A DNA stretch of 63,817 bases, filler included, from Octopus bimaculoides (Eukaryota), in NCBI RefSeq assembly GCF_001194135.2. It is 4 parts of 4 records of this genome, joined end to end, with 100 filler letters (N's around TTAATTAATTAA, not from the genome) between each part and the next. Parts side by side here need not be neighbours in the genome. Positions count along the whole stretch, not along the records: positions 56,801 to 63,817 come from NC_069000.1; 3 more parts are not named here. One strand, written 5' to 3'. A program made the translations under genes and the position numbers. Shown here piece after piece: positions 61,850-63,817 of this stretch. The notes under the pieces were generated by a model. It saw only the letters and a program-made list of their open reading frames with translations, was not told where the DNA came from and searched no databases. Position 1 is the first letter of the stretch; the number at the start of each line of letters is the position of its first letter.

Positions 61850-63780
61850 AATTGATGAAGGGATAAATAATATTAGTGTAAATAATTGTAACAATAATGA
61901 TAGAGATATTAGTAATAATATAGGTGCAACTGCAGAAATAAGTTTCATTGTCCGTTATTAGGCAGATGTTGCACCCGTAACATAGTGTACAAATGCATTA
62001 TAAGTACGATAACCGAGAATTATATTTACATAGGATGTAGCATTAATCTGAAACAGAGAATATATAACCATAGGTCTTCTTTTAGACTAAGACATAAGGC
62101 AAATAGTACGACATTAGCAAATAAAATTTGGGAGTTAAAAGATAATGGTATTAGTTTTAGCCTTAAATGGGAAATTATAAGAAAAGCTCAACCTAATAGA
62201 AATAGTAGATATGGATGTGAATTATGTTCTATGGAAATATATGAAATTTTAAAACTTAGAAATAATCCTAACCTAATCAATAATAGATTAGACCTTAAAG
62301 TATCATGTGTACACTGCTCTACTCGCACTTTTAAATTTTTTAAAAAGTAGCTAAAATTATCAAAATATGGTATTTCAACTTCTACCATGTTCATCTTGGG
62401 CTACTAGTTAGCACATATTTTAAATTAGAAATTGAACCTTTATAACAAATATTTCTGACCTCTCACCCTAACATACAATCTTCTTGTGATAACTAAGATT
62501 TCAACTTTATTCCATGAAAGGTATTTTTTCACACTACTTCTGCTACTGCTGTTAGTTCTTAATACGTATCTTAACCCTATGTAGCTTATTAGAATAGGAA
62601 GTTTTATAAATTCTTAATGTTTTTAATTAGTTCCTAAAATTTAAATTTTATTTTATTTTATTTAATGCTTGACTCTAAAAGGACCCTTATTATTATTACA
62701 TTATTTCAGCGCTTGTAGTGGTAGTGTCATGTTTATTCTATATTTTGACTTAAATCTAATCCTTATTCCATTAATAATCTGTAATTAGCCCATGTTAGTC
62801 TTAAAACAAGTTCATGACTATATAAGATAGTATAATTAAACTAGTAATCAATTATCAAGTTTCTATATTGGATGTCCTTGTTAATTCCTACTATTCTTTT
62901 TTTTTTGTCCATTAAACCTTAATAAACCCATTATTATAAACTATATAAATCCTATACTAATTCTTTACGTTATAAAAATTAAGCTTACCTTTTATGTATC
63001 TTTAAAATAGTACTATTATATATATTAAGCTTAAATTTTTTATATAATTTTTTAAAATACTTTTTTAAATAATTCAAAATAGTTTTCTGAGCCCAATATA
63101 TATAATAGTCTTAAACTTTATACCTTTAAATTCAAAATTGACACTACTTCAGGGTTTTTGTATAAAGTAATTAATTACATTTTTATTATTAACAATTTTA
63201 TTATTAACATACTTCTTATTATTAACATATTAATTAAACTAATATTGATATCTATAAATTTCCCATACTTAGTATATGTATAACAATACTGATGCTTTAT
63301 TCAGACTAAAGAAAAAGCCCTGTTGACCTATATGCTTAAGGTTTAATTCCCCAACATTATGATAGCAGTAAAAAACCCAACCTAAAATAGTGTTGCCACT
63401 CTGACCAGAGAAACCTTTATAACTATATCCATGTATAATGCTTATACCTTCCCTTTCCTTAGTAGTGATTGCCCCTTATACTATAACCACTAGATAGGAG
63501 ACAATAAAGTCAAAGACAGTTAGAATTCTACCTAGAACTAATTACTAGCCTGCTAGCCTGGGCTATGTCAAGATGGATTTTTATGTATTCTTCTTTCCAC
63601 TTGGATTTTAAATGTTGCCACAATTATAATATGTCTATTCTACTGTAATTTTCTACATTTTTGTGCAGCTGAAGATTGCTTTACATATTGCATTTAATGT
63701 AATGCTTGCATTACTTAAATAAATGGAGTAGCATGAAACGTGCGTACTGCAATCATCTTTAAAATCCGTGTTGCTTACTT
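61850..63780 (+). mobile_element. Penelope-like element 3' fragment 3 (intact GIY-YIG EN domain, long 3' region, hammerhead)
   Basis: CNCRNKFHCPLLGRCCTRNIVYKC...YIYIGCS.NLKQRIYNHRSSF...IWELK...LKWEII...CELCSMEI...LINNR...CVH, stop at 62350. Hammerhead at 63664-63751. That the element extends across 62351-63660 is inferred. Confidence 0.8.
63664..63751 (+). ncRNA. Type I hammerhead ribozyme (PLE-associated)
   Basis: Stem I TGCAG/CTGCA (perfect 5 bp), CTGAAGA 63669-63675, GAAA 63735-63738. Stem III ACGTGCGT, GUA cleavage triplet at 63744-63746. Stem II TGCT/AGCA encloses the hairpin ATTTAATGTAATG-CTTG-CATTACTTAAAT. Confidence 0.78.
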
Positions 63781-63817
63781 TGATTTTTATATATATATAC
63801 ATATATATATATATATA

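Noticed and set aside
62351-63660. Alternative genetic code (TAA/TAG=Gln contaminant) or NUMT
   Set aside because: Every frame still has TGA stops or frameshifts under the ciliate code and TAA/TAG stops under the mitochondrial code, and no recognisable mitochondrial protein appears.

Overview
AT-rich, gap-riddled eukaryotic scaffold. Microsatellite load and SINE families point to a coleoid cephalopod, probably Octopus (inference). One host gene is well supported: an MVB12 (ESCRT-I, MABP-domain) gene on the minus strand. Six coding exons were reconstructed with consistent GT-AG phases (7753 down to 508); the gene runs off the left edge and its 5' noncoding exon is unlocated, perhaps near 20-22 kb. 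The rest is mostly repeats: many tRNA-derived SINEs, an internally deleted Chapaev3 DNA transposon, two Tx1/L1-like and one CR1-like LINE 3' fragments, a solo LTR nested in a SINE, and minisatellites. The most interesting signal is a Penelope-like element (PLE) and hammerhead-ribozyme landscape. At 59.5-63.8 kb, three mutually divergent GIY-YIG endonuclease modules without visible RT are packed together, and each carries a long low-complexity linker. Two are followed by well-formed type I hammerheads with long stem II inserts. At least three further hammerhead-like repeat families occur elsewhere, two of them in large inverted-repeat structures. All calls are by eye; no searches were run.
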